A stretch of DNA of 33,734 nucleotides. It comes from a virus. Its lineage: Duplodnaviria; Heunggongvirae; Uroviricota; Caudoviricetes. The notes under the pieces were generated by a model. The model searched no databases. It was not told where the DNA came from and worked only from the letters and a program-made list of their open reading frames with translations. Position 1 is the first letter of the stretch; the number at the start of each line of letters is the position of its first letter. The stretch is taken from IMG/VR virus record IMGVR_UViG_2778261657_000006, positions 1-33,734 of that record, one strand, 5' to 3'. Below are positions 16,080 to 25,334 of the stretch, piece by piece. The position numbers and the translations under genes were made by a program.

Positions 16080-18096
16080 TTCCTGGTTCAGGATGAAGGC
16101 GGGTAATAAAAGTGACGCAGATATTTATATCTATGACGAGATTGGTTTCTGGGGAGTTACGGCGAAGCAGTTTGTCAGTGATCTGAATGCGCTGGGTAAT
16201 ATCACCCACATTAATCTCCATATCAATTCACCGGGTGGCGATGTCTTTGAAGGCATCGCCATTTTTAATGCGCTGAAAAATCATGGGGCGTCCATCACTG
16301 TTTATGTGGATGGTGTCGCTGCATCCATGGCATCGGTCATTGCAATGGTGGGTGATCCCGTCATCATGCCGGAAAACGCATTCATGATGATCCATAAACC
16401 ATGGGGAGTGAGTGGTGGCGATGCGGATGACATGCGTGATTATGCCGACCTGCTTGATAAAGTTGAGTCGGTCCTGTTGCCTGCTTATGCGCAGAAAACC
16501 GGGAAAACAACCGATGAAATTGCTGCCATGCTGGCGGATGAAACCTGGATGTCCGGTGCCGAATGTCTGGCACACGGATTTGCTGACCAGGTGACACCGG
16601 AAGTTAAGGCAATGGCATGTATTCAGTCAAAACGTACAGAGGAATTTAAAAAAATGCCGGAATCCATCCGAAATATGATTATTCCGCCACGCAACAGCGC
16701 AACGCGTGAACCTGAAAACCCAAATGCAGTATCTCAGACACAGGCGCAGGTTACGACTCAGGTTGCCGCAACGACGAACAGCGCTGCGCCCACTGCAACT
16801 GCATCTTCCGCAGATGAAAACAGCATCCGTGCACAGGTGCTGGCTGAGCAAAAAGCACGCGTGAGTGGTATTAATGAGCTGTTCGGTATGTTTGGTGGGC
16901 GTTATCAGACATTGCAGGCCAGTTGTCTTTCCGATCCGGAGTGCTCGCTTGAGCAGGCCCGTGAGAAGTTACTGAACGAAATGGGTAAGGAATTCTCACC
17001 ATCAAATAAAAATACCCCGGCCCATATTTATGCCGGTAACGGTAATTTTGTGGGGGACGGGATCCGCCAGGCGCTGATGGCGCGTGCCGGATTTGCTGAG
17101 CGTGAACAGAATAACGTCTACAACGGGATGACCCTGCGCGAATATGCCCGTATGTCGCTGACTGAACGGGGTATCGGGGTTTCCGGTTATAACCCCATGC
17201 AGATGGTTGGTGCGGCATTCACACACAGCTCGTCTGACTTCGGTAATATTCTGCTGGATGTTGCGAACAAAGCCATTCTGCAGGGCTGGGAAGAAGCCCC
17301 TGAGACTTACGAGCAGTGGACCCGGAAAGGTCAGCTGTCTGATTTTAAAATTGCTCATCGTGTGGGAATGGGGGGCTTCAGTTCTCTGCGTCAGGTGCGT
17401 GAAGGGGCTGAATATAAGTACGTCACCACCGGAGATAAACAGGCCACGATTGCACTGGCGACCTATGGTGAACTGTTCAGTATCACCCGTCAGGCCATTA
17501 TCAATGATGATCTGAATATGCTGACCGATGTCCCGATGAAACTGGGCCGTGCGGCGAAATCCACTATTGCCGATCTGGTTTATGCCATTCTGACGTCTAA
17601 CCCGAAAATCTCCACAGATAATGTAAGTCTGTTCGATAAAGCGAAACATGCAAACGTACTGGAGAGCGCTGCAATGGACGTGGCATCGCTGGATAAAGCC
17701 CGCCAGTTGATGCGCGTTCAGAAAGAGGGGGAGCGTCATCTGAATATTCGTCCTGCGTTCGTACTGGTACCGACAGCGATGGAATCCGTGGCTAACCAGG
17801 TGATTCGTTCTGCCAGCGTGAAAGGCGCAGATATTAATGCCGGCATTATTAACCCGGTGAAAGATTTTGCGACCGTTATTGCTGAGCCGCGCCTTGATGA
17901 TAACAGCCAGACCACCTTTTATCTGGCTGCGGCAAAAGGTACGGATACAATTGAAGTGGCTTATCTCAATGGGGTGGATACGCCATATATTGATCAGATG
18001 GAGGGCTTCAGTGTGGATGGTGTGACAACGAAAGTGCGTATTGACGCCGGCGTTGCACCGGTTGATCACCGCGGTCTGGTGAAATGTACGGCGTAA
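16024..18096 (+). CDS. ClpP-like (S14) prohead protease fused to a major capsid protein domain
   Basis: Start ATG 16024 with ribosome-binding site aaaggaggtggta. N-terminal ClpP motifs (INSPGGDVFEGIAIFNAL, VAASMAS, MIHKPWG). Large C-terminal domain consistent with a capsid subunit. Track ORF begins at 15874 inside the portal gene. Confidence 0.7.
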   Translation: MLKQNAWFRGEPKASLKNNSWFRMKAGNKSDADIYIYDEIGFWGVTAKQFVSDLNALGNITHINLHINSPGGDVFEGIAIFNALKNHGASITVYVDGVAASMASVIAMVGDPVIMPENAFMMIHKPWGVSGGDADDMRDYADLLDKVESVLLPAYAQKTGKTTDEIAAMLADETWMSGAECLAHGFADQVTPEVKAMACIQSKRTEEFKKMPESIRNMIIPPRNSATREPENPNAVSQTQAQVTTQVAATTNSAAPTATASSADENSIRAQVLAEQKARVSGINELFGMFGGRYQTLQASCLSDPECSLEQAREKLLNEMGKEFSPSNKNTPAHIYAGNGNFVGDGIRQALMARAGFAEREQNNVYNGMTLREYARMSLTERGIGVSGYNPMQMVGAAFTHSSSDFGNILLDVANKAILQGWEEAPETYEQWTRKGQLSDFKIAHRVGMGGFSSLRQVREGAEYKYVTTGDKQATIALATYGELFSITRQAIINDDLNMLTDVPMKLGRAAKSTIADLVYAILTSNPKISTDNVSLFDKAKHANVLESAAMDVASLDKARQLMRVQKEGERHLNIRPAFVLVPTAMESVANQVIRSASVKGADINAGIINPVKDFATVIAEPRLDDNSQTTFYLAAAKGTDTIEVAYLNGVDTPYIDQMEGFSVDGVTTKVRIDAGVAPVDHRGLVKCTA

Positions 18097-18120
18097 ATGT
18101 CGCAGACAACAACCCTGATG

Positions 18121-18139
18121 GCCCGTAAGGGCTTTTTTT
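18121..18139 (+). terminator. Possible partial terminator after the capsid gene
   Basis: gccc-gtaa-gggc hairpin followed by ttttttt. Confidence 0.4.
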
Positions 18140-18182
18140 GTACCTGAAATCAGCCCCGGGCAGGGGCTGTATGGAGACAGTT

Positions 18183-18506
18183 ATGGCAAAGAATTTTGTG
18201 GAAGAAGGAAAAACGGTGGAGATCATTGCTGGTAAAGACATCAGCAGTGGTGAACTGGTGCAGGTGGGAGATATTTTTGCAGTGGCACTGACCGATATTG
18301 CAAAGGGCGAAACGGGGGACGGGATAGCTGAGGGTGTATTTATGTTGCCGAAGCTGAAAACGGATGACATGAAAACGGGTAAGAAGGTTTATCTGAAATC
18401 CGGAAAAGTTCAGCTGACGAACAGTGGTTCCGATCCGCTTGTCGGGGTTACCTGGGCGGATGCCGGAACCAGCGCAGAAGACGTGCCGGTAAAACTCAAT
18501 GTCTGA
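18183..18506 (+). CDS. Small head-associated structural protein (DUF2190-like)
   Basis: About 107 aa, directly after the capsid gene. ATG at 18183 within track ORF 18138..18506. Confidence 0.45.
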   Translation: MAKNFVEEGKTVEIIAGKDISSGELVQVGDIFAVALTDIAKGETGDGIAEGVFMLPKLKTDDMKTGKKVYLKSGKVQLTNSGSDPLVGVTWADAGTSAEDVPVKLNV

Positions 18507-18774
18507 TCCTTTTTCCCGGCTGGCTGCGCGTATGGATGCGGTCACGATCAGAAGAATGGGAAAGATGGCTTCGATTAATGATGTCGATATGACGGTGATC
18601 CCGGGAGAAACACTGGCAGAGCTGAACGCGCTTTCCGGACCGGCGTTTTCCCTGGTGGTGTTTTCTCCGGGATACCGCCCACGGCGCGGGGACCGCGTTG
18701 TTTATGACGGACAACAATGGACGGTCACACGGCATGAACGCTTTAACGGTAAGCCAATGATCTTTATTGAGTAA
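18499..18774 (+). CDS. Head-tail joining protein (lambda FII-like)
   Basis: 91 aa in the position preceding Z. RRGD...W.V.R pattern resembles FII. Confidence 0.55.
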   Translation: MSDPFSRLAARMDAVTIRRMGKMASINDVDMTVIPGETLAELNALSGPAFSLVVFSPGYRPRRGDRVVYDGQQWTVTRHERFNGKPMIFIE

Positions 18775-18785
18775 AGAGGTGTGGG

Positions 18786-19364
18786 ATGAAGGGGCTTGAA
18801 AATGCCATCCGTAATCTGAACAGCCTTGATACCCGTATGGTACCACAGGCCAGCGCATGGGCGATAAACCGTGTGGCCGCGAAAGCGGTCTCGGTTGCCA
18901 CCCGGCAGGTCGCCGGAAATACCGTTGCGGGAGATAACCAGGTGAAGGGGATCCCCCTGAAACTGGTGCGTGAGCGTGTCAGGGTACTTAAAGCCAGCCC
19001 GGACGGAAAAATGTATGCCCGTATTCGCGTAAATCGCGGCAACCTGCCCGCCATAAAACTGGGGGCTGCACAGGTCAGAATGACCCGGCGTGGTGGCAGG
19101 TTACATTACCGTGGCAGTGTGCTGAAAGTGGGTAAATATCTTTTCCGGAATGCCTTTGTTCAGCAACTGGCGAACGGTCGCTGGCATGTGATGCGGCGTA
19201 TTGACGGCAAAAATCGTTACCCCATTGATGTGGTGAAAATCCCGTTGTCCGGACCGCTGACACAGGCCTTTGAGAATGCCCGTCGTGACATCATTGGTAA
19301 CGAGATGCCGAAACAGCTGGGGTATGCCCTGAAACAACAACTGAGGTTATATCTGACCCGATGA
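18786..19364 (+). CDS. Z: Minor tail protein Z
   Basis: 192 aa, same size and position as lambda gpZ. GGTG ribosome-binding site. Confidence 0.7.
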   Translation: MKGLENAIRNLNSLDTRMVPQASAWAINRVAAKAVSVATRQVAGNTVAGDNQVKGIPLKLVRERVRVLKASPDGKMYARIRVNRGNLPAIKLGAAQVRMTRRGGRLHYRGSVLKVGKYLFRNAFVQQLANGRWHVMRRIDGKNRYPIDVVKIPLSGPLTQAFENARRDIIGNEMPKQLGYALKQQLRLYLTR

Positions 19365-19762
19365 ACCGACACACACAAATTCGTCAGGCCGTATTGTCGT
19401 GCCTGAAAGCGACGTGCAGGGAGAATACCGTCCTGTTCGATGGACTTCCTGCTTTTATTGATGCGCAGGAACTGCCCGCCGTGGCGGTATGGCTGAGCGA
19501 TGCGCAGTACACCGGAAAAATGGTGGATGAGGCTGACTGGCAGGCGGTTCTGCATGTCGCGGTCTTTATCCGGGCGCAGGCACCGGATACAGAACTGGAT
19601 ACGTGGATGGATGACATTATTTACCCGGCTCTGACAGATATTCCGGCACTTTCAGATCTTATCGATACCATGATCCCGCAGGGATTTAACTATCAGCGTG
19701 ATAACGATATGGCCACCTGGGCGATGGCGGAAATCACGTATCAGATCACATATACAAATTGA
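19361..19762 (+). CDS. U: Minor tail protein U (tail terminator)
   Basis: 133 aa, lambda gpU size and position. ATGA overlap with Z. Confidence 0.7.
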   Translation: MNRHTQIRQAVLSCLKATCRENTVLFDGLPAFIDAQELPAVAVWLSDAQYTGKMVDEADWQAVLHVAVFIRAQAPDTELDTWMDDIIYPALTDIPALSDLIDTMIPQGFNYQRDNDMATWAMAEITYQITYTN

Positions 19763-19776
19763 ACAAGGAGATGGTA

Positions 19777-20517
19777 ATGCCAACACCGAATCCACTGGAA
19801 AAAACGAAGGGCGCGGGGACGACGTTCTGGATGTATACCGGCAAAGGGGACGCCTTTGCGGCTCCGTTGTCAGATACTGACTGGCTGCGTCTTGCGATGG
19901 TGAAGGATTTACAGCCGGGCGAAATGACTGCAGATGCGGAAGATGACGATTATCTTGATGATGAAAATGCTGACTGGAAAACGACAACCCAGGGGCAAAA
20001 ATCCGTCGGTGATACTTCGGCGACGCTGGCCTGGCGTCCGGGTGACAGCGGGCAGAAAAAACTGGTTCAGTTGTTCGACTCTGGTGAAGTCTGTGCGTTT
20101 CGTATCAAATATCCCAACGGCACTGTTGATGTTTTCCGTGGCTGGCTGAGCTCGCTGGGGAAAACTGTTACCTCTAAAGAGGTGATGACCCGCACTGTGA
20201 AAATCAGCGGTGTGGGACGTCCGTATCTGGCAGAGGAAGGCACCGGGCTTGTTAGCGTGACCGGTCTGACGGTGGCACCGGCATCTGCCAGTGTCAGGGT
20301 GGGGGCAACGACGACGCTGACATTCAGCACAGTACCGGAAGATGCTTCTGATAAAACGGTGAGTGTGGCGTCATCATCTCCTGATATCGCCACGGTTACG
20401 CTGAGTGGCATGGTGGCCACGGTGAAAGGTGTGAAAGCGGGCAGCACCTCGATTGTGGGGATGACTGCGGGTGGTGCGCAGGTTGCTGTGGCCGGTATTA
20501 CCGTTAATGGTGATTAA
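19777..20517 (+). CDS. V: Major tail protein V with C-terminal Ig-like (Big_2) domain
   Basis: MPTPNPLEKTKGAGTTFWMYTGKGD...NGTVDVFRGW closely matches lambda gpV. AAGGAG ribosome-binding site 6 nt upstream of ATG 19777. Confidence 0.9.
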   Translation: MPTPNPLEKTKGAGTTFWMYTGKGDAFAAPLSDTDWLRLAMVKDLQPGEMTADAEDDDYLDDENADWKTTTQGQKSVGDTSATLAWRPGDSGQKKLVQLFDSGEVCAFRIKYPNGTVDVFRGWLSSLGKTVTSKEVMTRTVKISGVGRPYLAEEGTGLVSVTGLTVAPASASVRVGATTTLTFSTVPEDASDKTVSVASSSPDIATVTLSGMVATVKGVKAGSTSIVGMTAGGAQVAVAGITVNGD

Positions 20518-20534
20518 CCTGGCAGTCTGTTTTT

Positions 20535-20562
20535 TACCCCGGTATGCCGGGGTTTTTTGTTT
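20535..20562 (+). terminator. Rho-independent terminator between V and G
   Basis: ccccgg-tatg-ccgggg stem followed by ttttttgttt. Confidence 0.55.
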
Positions 20563-20573
20563 ACGGAGGGGAC

Positions 20574-20963
20574 ATGTTTCTGAAACAGGACACATTTAAC
20601 TACGGTAATCAGTCTGTGGTACTGACGGAATTATCCGGACTTCAGCGGGTGGAGTATCTGGCGTTTGTCCAGAAACGGACAGCTGAGTTTGACGCCCTGG
20701 ATGATGCCATGCCGGTGGCTGATCGTCAGATTGAATTTCTGCGTATGGGGATGGATATCAATGCCTGGCTGGTTTCCCGGTCAATGTGGAATACGGACCC
20801 GTCACAGGATGTGGATGCGCTGAATGAGGATGTAAAAAACACCTGGTCTTATGACGCGCTTGGCGACGGGGGCAGTCTGGTTTTATCCCTGAGTGGTATG
20901 CCGGTCTCCACCGGTGATGTTCAGAACGGTGAACAGGTTCCCCTGACACCGGAAAAGTCCTGA
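20574..20963 (+). CDS. G: Tail assembly chaperone G
   Basis: MFLKQDTFNYGNQSVVLTELSGLQRVEYLAF resembles lambda gpG. GGAGGGG ribosome-binding site. Confidence 0.8.
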   Translation: MFLKQDTFNYGNQSVVLTELSGLQRVEYLAFVQKRTAEFDALDDAMPVADRQIEFLRMGMDINAWLVSRSMWNTDPSQDVDALNEDVKNTWSYDALGDGGSLVLSLSGMPVSTGDVQNGEQVPLTPEKS

Positions 20964-21286
20964 CGCGGGAGATGCAGTTTGTGATGCAGCTTGCCCGGGA
21001 GTTCCGGCGGGCAGACTGGCGGCGGATGTTATCAGAAATGTCAGCGTCAGAACTGGGCGAATGGGGGGATTTCTTCCGGAAGCAGAGTTTCGGGGATATC
21101 TGGCTGGATGCACAGATTTCCACACTGAAGTCGCTGATGGTTCAGATGGTGTCCGGTGAACGTATTCCGGCGGATGATTTCAGTCTGGTTACGGATGACA
21201 GGGTGATCCCTGAACGCACGGATGAAGAGCTGATGCATCTGGGGGAAGGTATATCGGGAGGAATGAGATTTGGACCAGATTGCTGA
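20574..21286 (+). CDS. T: Tail assembly chaperone G-T fusion produced by a programmed -1 ribosomal frameshift
   Basis: The -1 frame opens at 20933 and runs to 21286 with no ribosome-binding site of its own. Candidate slip site GGAAAAG at 20951-20957, just before the G stop. Conserved G-T arrangement of lambda-like siphoviruses. Confidence 0.6.
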
Positions 21287-24200
21287 CCTTGTCATTGATT
21301 TAAGCATTGATACCGCCGATTTTAAAGAGCAGCTTCCGCGTGTAAAAAATCTGCTGAATGGTACAGCAAGGGAGGCGGAGCGGGCCGAAGCCCGTATGAA
21401 ACGGTTTGAGGAAAGTCAGAAACAGGCTGCCAGCGCGACGGTGATACAGACTCAGGCCGTGGTGAAGCATGCGCAGGGGCATGTTTCGCTGGCGGAAGAT
21501 GTGGAAAGGGCGCGCCTGCGGATGGAGGCCCTGAGTCGTCAGATGCGGGAGGAGCAGGTTCAGGCGGCTGCGCTGGCTGCGGCGCAGGATAAGATGGCTG
21601 CCGCATTTTATCGTCAGATCGACAGCGTAAAACAGGCCAGTGCGGGGCTGCAGGAGTTACAGCGTATTCAGCAGCAGATCCGACAGGCCAGAAACAGTGG
21701 CGGGATTGCTCAGCAGGATTATCTGGCCCTGATTTCTGAGGTGACAGCGAAAACCCGCGTTCTGACACAGGCAGAGGAAACGGCCACCCGCCAGAAAACC
21801 GCATTTATTCGTCAGCTGAAAGAACAGACAAGTCGCCAGAAAATGACCACGACGGAACTGCTTCGGGCAAAGGCGGCACAACTTGGGTGCAGCAGTGCCG
21901 CGGAGGTGTACATCCGTAAAATGGAGAAAGCCGGAAACACCACACATTCGCTGGGACTGAAAAGTGCGGCAGCCCGTCGGGAGCTGGGGGTCATGATTGG
22001 TGAACTGGCGCGTGGTAATTTCGGTGCGCTTCGTGGCTCCGGGATCACCCTGGCTAACCGTGCCGGCTGGATTGATAAATTAATGACTCCGAAAGGCCTG
22101 GCGGTGGGGGGAGTTATCGGAGGGATCACTGCTGCGGTTATTGGTCTGGGTAAAGCCTGGATGGAGGGGCAGGAAGAAGGCGAAGCCTTTAACCGGCAGC
22201 TTGAGCTCACCGGACACTATGCCGGTGTGACAGCCGGGCAGTTGTGGGCGCTCAGTAAAAATCTTTCCGGTAATGGCATCACGCAACATGCCATGGCGGG
22301 GTCACTGGCGCAGGTAGTGGGGAGCGGTGCATTTCACGGTAACGATATTGGTATGGTGGCGAAAGCTGCCGCACAGATGGAACGCTCGGTAGGGCAGTCT
22401 GTCAGTGACACCATCAGTCAGTTTAAACGGCTGAAGGATGATCCGGTCAGTGCTGCGAAGGCGCTGGATGATGAACTGCATTTTCTGACAGCCACCCAGC
22501 TTGAACAGATCCGTGTGCTCGGAGAGCAGGGGCGCACCAGTGACGCAGCCCGGATAGCCATGTCTGCACTGGCAGAGGAAACCGGTAAACGTACGTCGGA
22601 TATTGATAATAACCTCAATGCGCTGGGCAGTACGCTGCAAACCTTGTCTGACTGGTGGAAGCAGTTCTGGGATGCGGCCATGAACATTGGTCGGGAAGAT
22701 TCCCTTGATGCGCAGATTGCGTCGCTGCAGGAAAAAATTCAGCGGGCGAAGAAATTTCCGTGGACTAAGGCGTCCACCACGGGGGAATACGATCAGCAAC
22801 AACTGGATGCGCTGCAAGAGCGAAAACGCCAGCAGGATTTGCAGGATGCAAAAGAGCAGGCTGAGCGAAATTATCAGGAGCAGCAGAAACGCCGGAATGC
22901 TGAAAATGCCGCGCTGAACCGGATGAACGAAACGGAAGCAGCACGACATCAGCGTGAAATTGCGCGTATTAATGCCATGCAGTACGCCGATCAGGCGGTC
23001 AGGGACGCAGCGATACAGCGTGAAAATGAACGTTACGAAAAAGCCATTAAGAAAAAAACGCCTGCCACCCGTAATGATGAGGCCACCCGGCTATTACTGC
23101 AGTACAGCCAGCAACAGGCGCAGGTGGAGGGACAGATTGCCGCCGCCAGACAGTCAGCGGGCATGGCTACTGAAAGGATGACAGAAGCGCATAAACAGCT
23201 TCTGGCCCTTCAGCAGCGTATCAGCGATTTAGCCGGTAAAAAACTGACAGCAGATGAAAAAAGTGTACTGGCTCACAAGGATGAGCTGATTCAGGCACTG
23301 ACGCTGCTGGATGCAAAACAGCAGGAGCTGCAGAAGCAGACTGCCCTCAATGACCTGAAGAAAAAGACCATTCAGCTGACCAGTCAACTGGCTGAGGAAG
23401 AGCGCGCACAGCGTCAGCAACACGATCTGGACGTTGCCATGGCAGGAATGGGCGATCAGCAACGGCAGCGGTACCAGTCGCAGTTGCGTCTACGACAGCA
23501 GTACCAGCAACAGCTGGAGCAACTTGAACGGGACAGTAAGCAGAAAGGCTCGTATGGTTCTGACGCATACCGGAAGGCTGAACAGACGCTGACAGACAGT
23601 CTGAACCGGAAACTGAATGAGAATCGCCGCTACTGGCAACAGATGGATGCTGCGCAGGGGGAGTGGAGAAACGGTACAAAACGCGCGTTCATGAATTTTA
23701 CTGCCGACGCGGATAATGCTGCCGGGACTGCAGAACAGATGTTTATGTCTGCTTTCAGTAGTATGGGAAATGGTCTGGCAACTTTTGTTACCACCGGCAA
23801 ACTCAATTTCAAATCTTTCACCTCATCTGTGCTGTCAGATATGGCAAAAATTCTGGCGCAGGCAACCATGATGAAGGCTGTCAAAGGGATTGGCAGTGTG
23901 ATGGGGTTTGATTTCGGTGATGTGAAAACCAATGCAGAAGGTGGTGTTTATCAGTCTGCTGATTTGAGTCGCTACAGTGGCACGGTGGTTAACCGTCCGA
24001 CGTTTTTTGCTTTTGCAAAAGGCGCGGGGGTGATGGGTGAAGCGGGGCCTGAGGCTATCCTGCCCTTGCGCAGGGGGGCTGACGGTAAGCTGGGTGTTGT
24101 GGCAGCGACCTGTGGTTCGGGGATGGTGATGTTTGCGCCGCAGTACAACATCGAGATCAATAATGATGGCCAGAACGGACAGATTGGGCCGGAAGTCATG

Positions 24201-24293
24201 CAGGCGGTTTACAACCTGGGGAAAAGGGCTGCAGAAGATTTTATGCAACAACAGTCCCGTGATGGCGGGCAGTTAAGCGGAGTATACCGGTGA
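21270..24293 (+). CDS. H: Tail tape measure protein H
   Basis: 1007 aa. N-terminus DLVIDLSIDTADFKEQ and C-terminus NNDGQNGQIGPEVMQAVYNLGKRAAEDFMQQQSRDGGQLSG match lambda gpH. TTG start (frame opens at 21267) with GGGAGG ribosome-binding site. Confidence 0.9.
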   Translation: MDQIADLVIDLSIDTADFKEQLPRVKNLLNGTAREAERAEARMKRFEESQKQAASATVIQTQAVVKHAQGHVSLAEDVERARLRMEALSRQMREEQVQAAALAAAQDKMAAAFYRQIDSVKQASAGLQELQRIQQQIRQARNSGGIAQQDYLALISEVTAKTRVLTQAEETATRQKTAFIRQLKEQTSRQKMTTTELLRAKAAQLGCSSAAEVYIRKMEKAGNTTHSLGLKSAAARRELGVMIGELARGNFGALRGSGITLANRAGWIDKLMTPKGLAVGGVIGGITAAVIGLGKAWMEGQEEGEAFNRQLELTGHYAGVTAGQLWALSKNLSGNGITQHAMAGSLAQVVGSGAFHGNDIGMVAKAAAQMERSVGQSVSDTISQFKRLKDDPVSAAKALDDELHFLTATQLEQIRVLGEQGRTSDAARIAMSALAEETGKRTSDIDNNLNALGSTLQTLSDWWKQFWDAAMNIGREDSLDAQIASLQEKIQRAKKFPWTKASTTGEYDQQQLDALQERKRQQDLQDAKEQAERNYQEQQKRRNAENAALNRMNETEAARHQREIARINAMQYADQAVRDAAIQRENERYEKAIKKKTPATRNDEATRLLLQYSQQQAQVEGQIAAARQSAGMATERMTEAHKQLLALQQRISDLAGKKLTADEKSVLAHKDELIQALTLLDAKQQELQKQTALNDLKKKTIQLTSQLAEEERAQRQQHDLDVAMAGMGDQQRQRYQSQLRLRQQYQQQLEQLERDSKQKGSYGSDAYRKAEQTLTDSLNRKLNENRRYWQQMDAAQGEWRNGTKRAFMNFTADADNAAGTAEQMFMSAFSSMGNGLATFVTTGKLNFKSFTSSVLSDMAKILAQATMMKAVKGIGSVMGFDFGDVKTNAEGGVYQSADLSRYSGTVVNRPTFFAFAKGAGVMGEAGPEAILPLRRGADGKLGVVAATCGSGMVMFAPQYNIEINNDGQNGQIGPEVMQAVYNLGKRAAEDFMQQQSRDGGQLSGVYR

Positions 24294-24622
24294 TGGAGAT
24301 ATTTAGCTGGAAAGTCCGTCCGGATATGAAGGTGGATTCAGAGCCCAAAGTGGTGACAGTTAAACTGGGTGATGGTTATGAACAGCGTCGTCCGGCGGGA
24401 CTGAATCCTCTGTTGCCAACGTACAGTGTCACGATCCGTGTCCGTAAAGGGGAGCATCAGGCGCTGGAAGCGTTTCTGGCCCGGCACGGTGGGGTCAGGG
24501 CGTTTCAGTGGACACCGCCTTATGGCTGGACACCTGTCCGGGTGGTCTGCCGTAAATGGTCGTCCAGTGTGGGGGCGCTGTGGGTCACGGTAACCGCAAA
24601 TTTTGAACAGGTCGTGGTATGA
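24290..24622 (+). CDS. M: Minor tail protein M
   Basis: 110 aa; FSWKVRPDM...FQWTPPYGW...ANFEQVV matches lambda gpM. Confidence 0.9.
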   Translation: MMEIFSWKVRPDMKVDSEPKVVTVKLGDGYEQRRPAGLNPLLPTYSVTIRVRKGEHQALEAFLARHGGVRAFQWTPPYGWTPVRVVCRKWSSSVGALWVTVTANFEQVVV

Positions 24623-24631
24623 GGAGGACGG

Positions 24632-25330
24632 ATGCAGGATATCCGGCAGGAAACACTGAATGAATGTACCCGTACGGAGCAGTCTGCCAGCCTGGTACTC
24701 TGGGAAATTGATCTGACAGAGATTGGCGGGGAGCGTTATTTTTTCAGTAATGAGCCTAACGAGAAGGGGGAGGCCGTCACCTGGCAGGGCCGGAAATATG
24801 AGGTGTATCCTGTTCAGGGAGCAGGGTTTGAAATGAAAGGCAAGGGAAGCAGCGCCCGCCCCACCCTGACGGTGTCCAACCTGTACGGGATGGTTACCGG
24901 GATGGTGGAGGATTTACAGAGTCTGGCTGGCGGAACGGTGATCCGGCGTAAGGTTTACGCCCGTTTTCTGGATGCGGTGAATTTTACCAATGGAAACAGT
25001 GAAGCCGATCCGGAACAGGAGGTGATCAGTTACTGGCGTATTGAACAGTGCAGCGATCTGACGGCGGTGACGGCAACGTTTGTTCTGGCCTCGCCAGCGG
25101 AGACAGACGGTGCGGTTTTCCCGGGACGTACCATGCTGGCCAACACCTGTACCTGGACCTATCGCGGTGATGAGTGCGGTTATCACGGTCCGGCTGTCGC
25201 GGATGAATATGACGAGCCGACGTCTGATATCACGAAGGATAAATGCAGTAAATGCCTGAGTGGCTGTAAGTCACGTCATAACGTCGGTAACTTTGGCGGT
25301 TTCCTTTCCATCAATAAACTTTCGCAGTAA
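24632..25330 (+). CDS. L: Minor tail protein L
   Basis: 232 aa, lambda gpL size, with conserved Cys cluster (CTWTYRGDECGY...CSKCLSGC). Confidence 0.85.
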   Translation: MQDIRQETLNECTRTEQSASLVLWEIDLTEIGGERYFFSNEPNEKGEAVTWQGRKYEVYPVQGAGFEMKGKGSSARPTLTVSNLYGMVTGMVEDLQSLAGGTVIRRKVYARFLDAVNFTNGNSEADPEQEVISYWRIEQCSDLTAVTATFVLASPAETDGAVFPGRTMLANTCTWTYRGDECGYHGPAVADEYDEPTSDITKDKCSKCLSGCKSRHNVGNFGGFLSINKLSQ

Positions 25331-25334
25331 ATCC

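Noticed and set aside
17002-18069. 355-aa minus-strand ORF
   Set aside because: Antisense to the protease/capsid fusion gene; Cys/His-rich composition typical of a non-coding frame. Treated as spurious.
21322-22949. Minus-strand ORFs of 160 and 215 aa inside the tape measure gene
   Set aside because: Antisense to H, which matches lambda gpH strongly; no ribosome-binding sites; composition typical of a non-coding frame.
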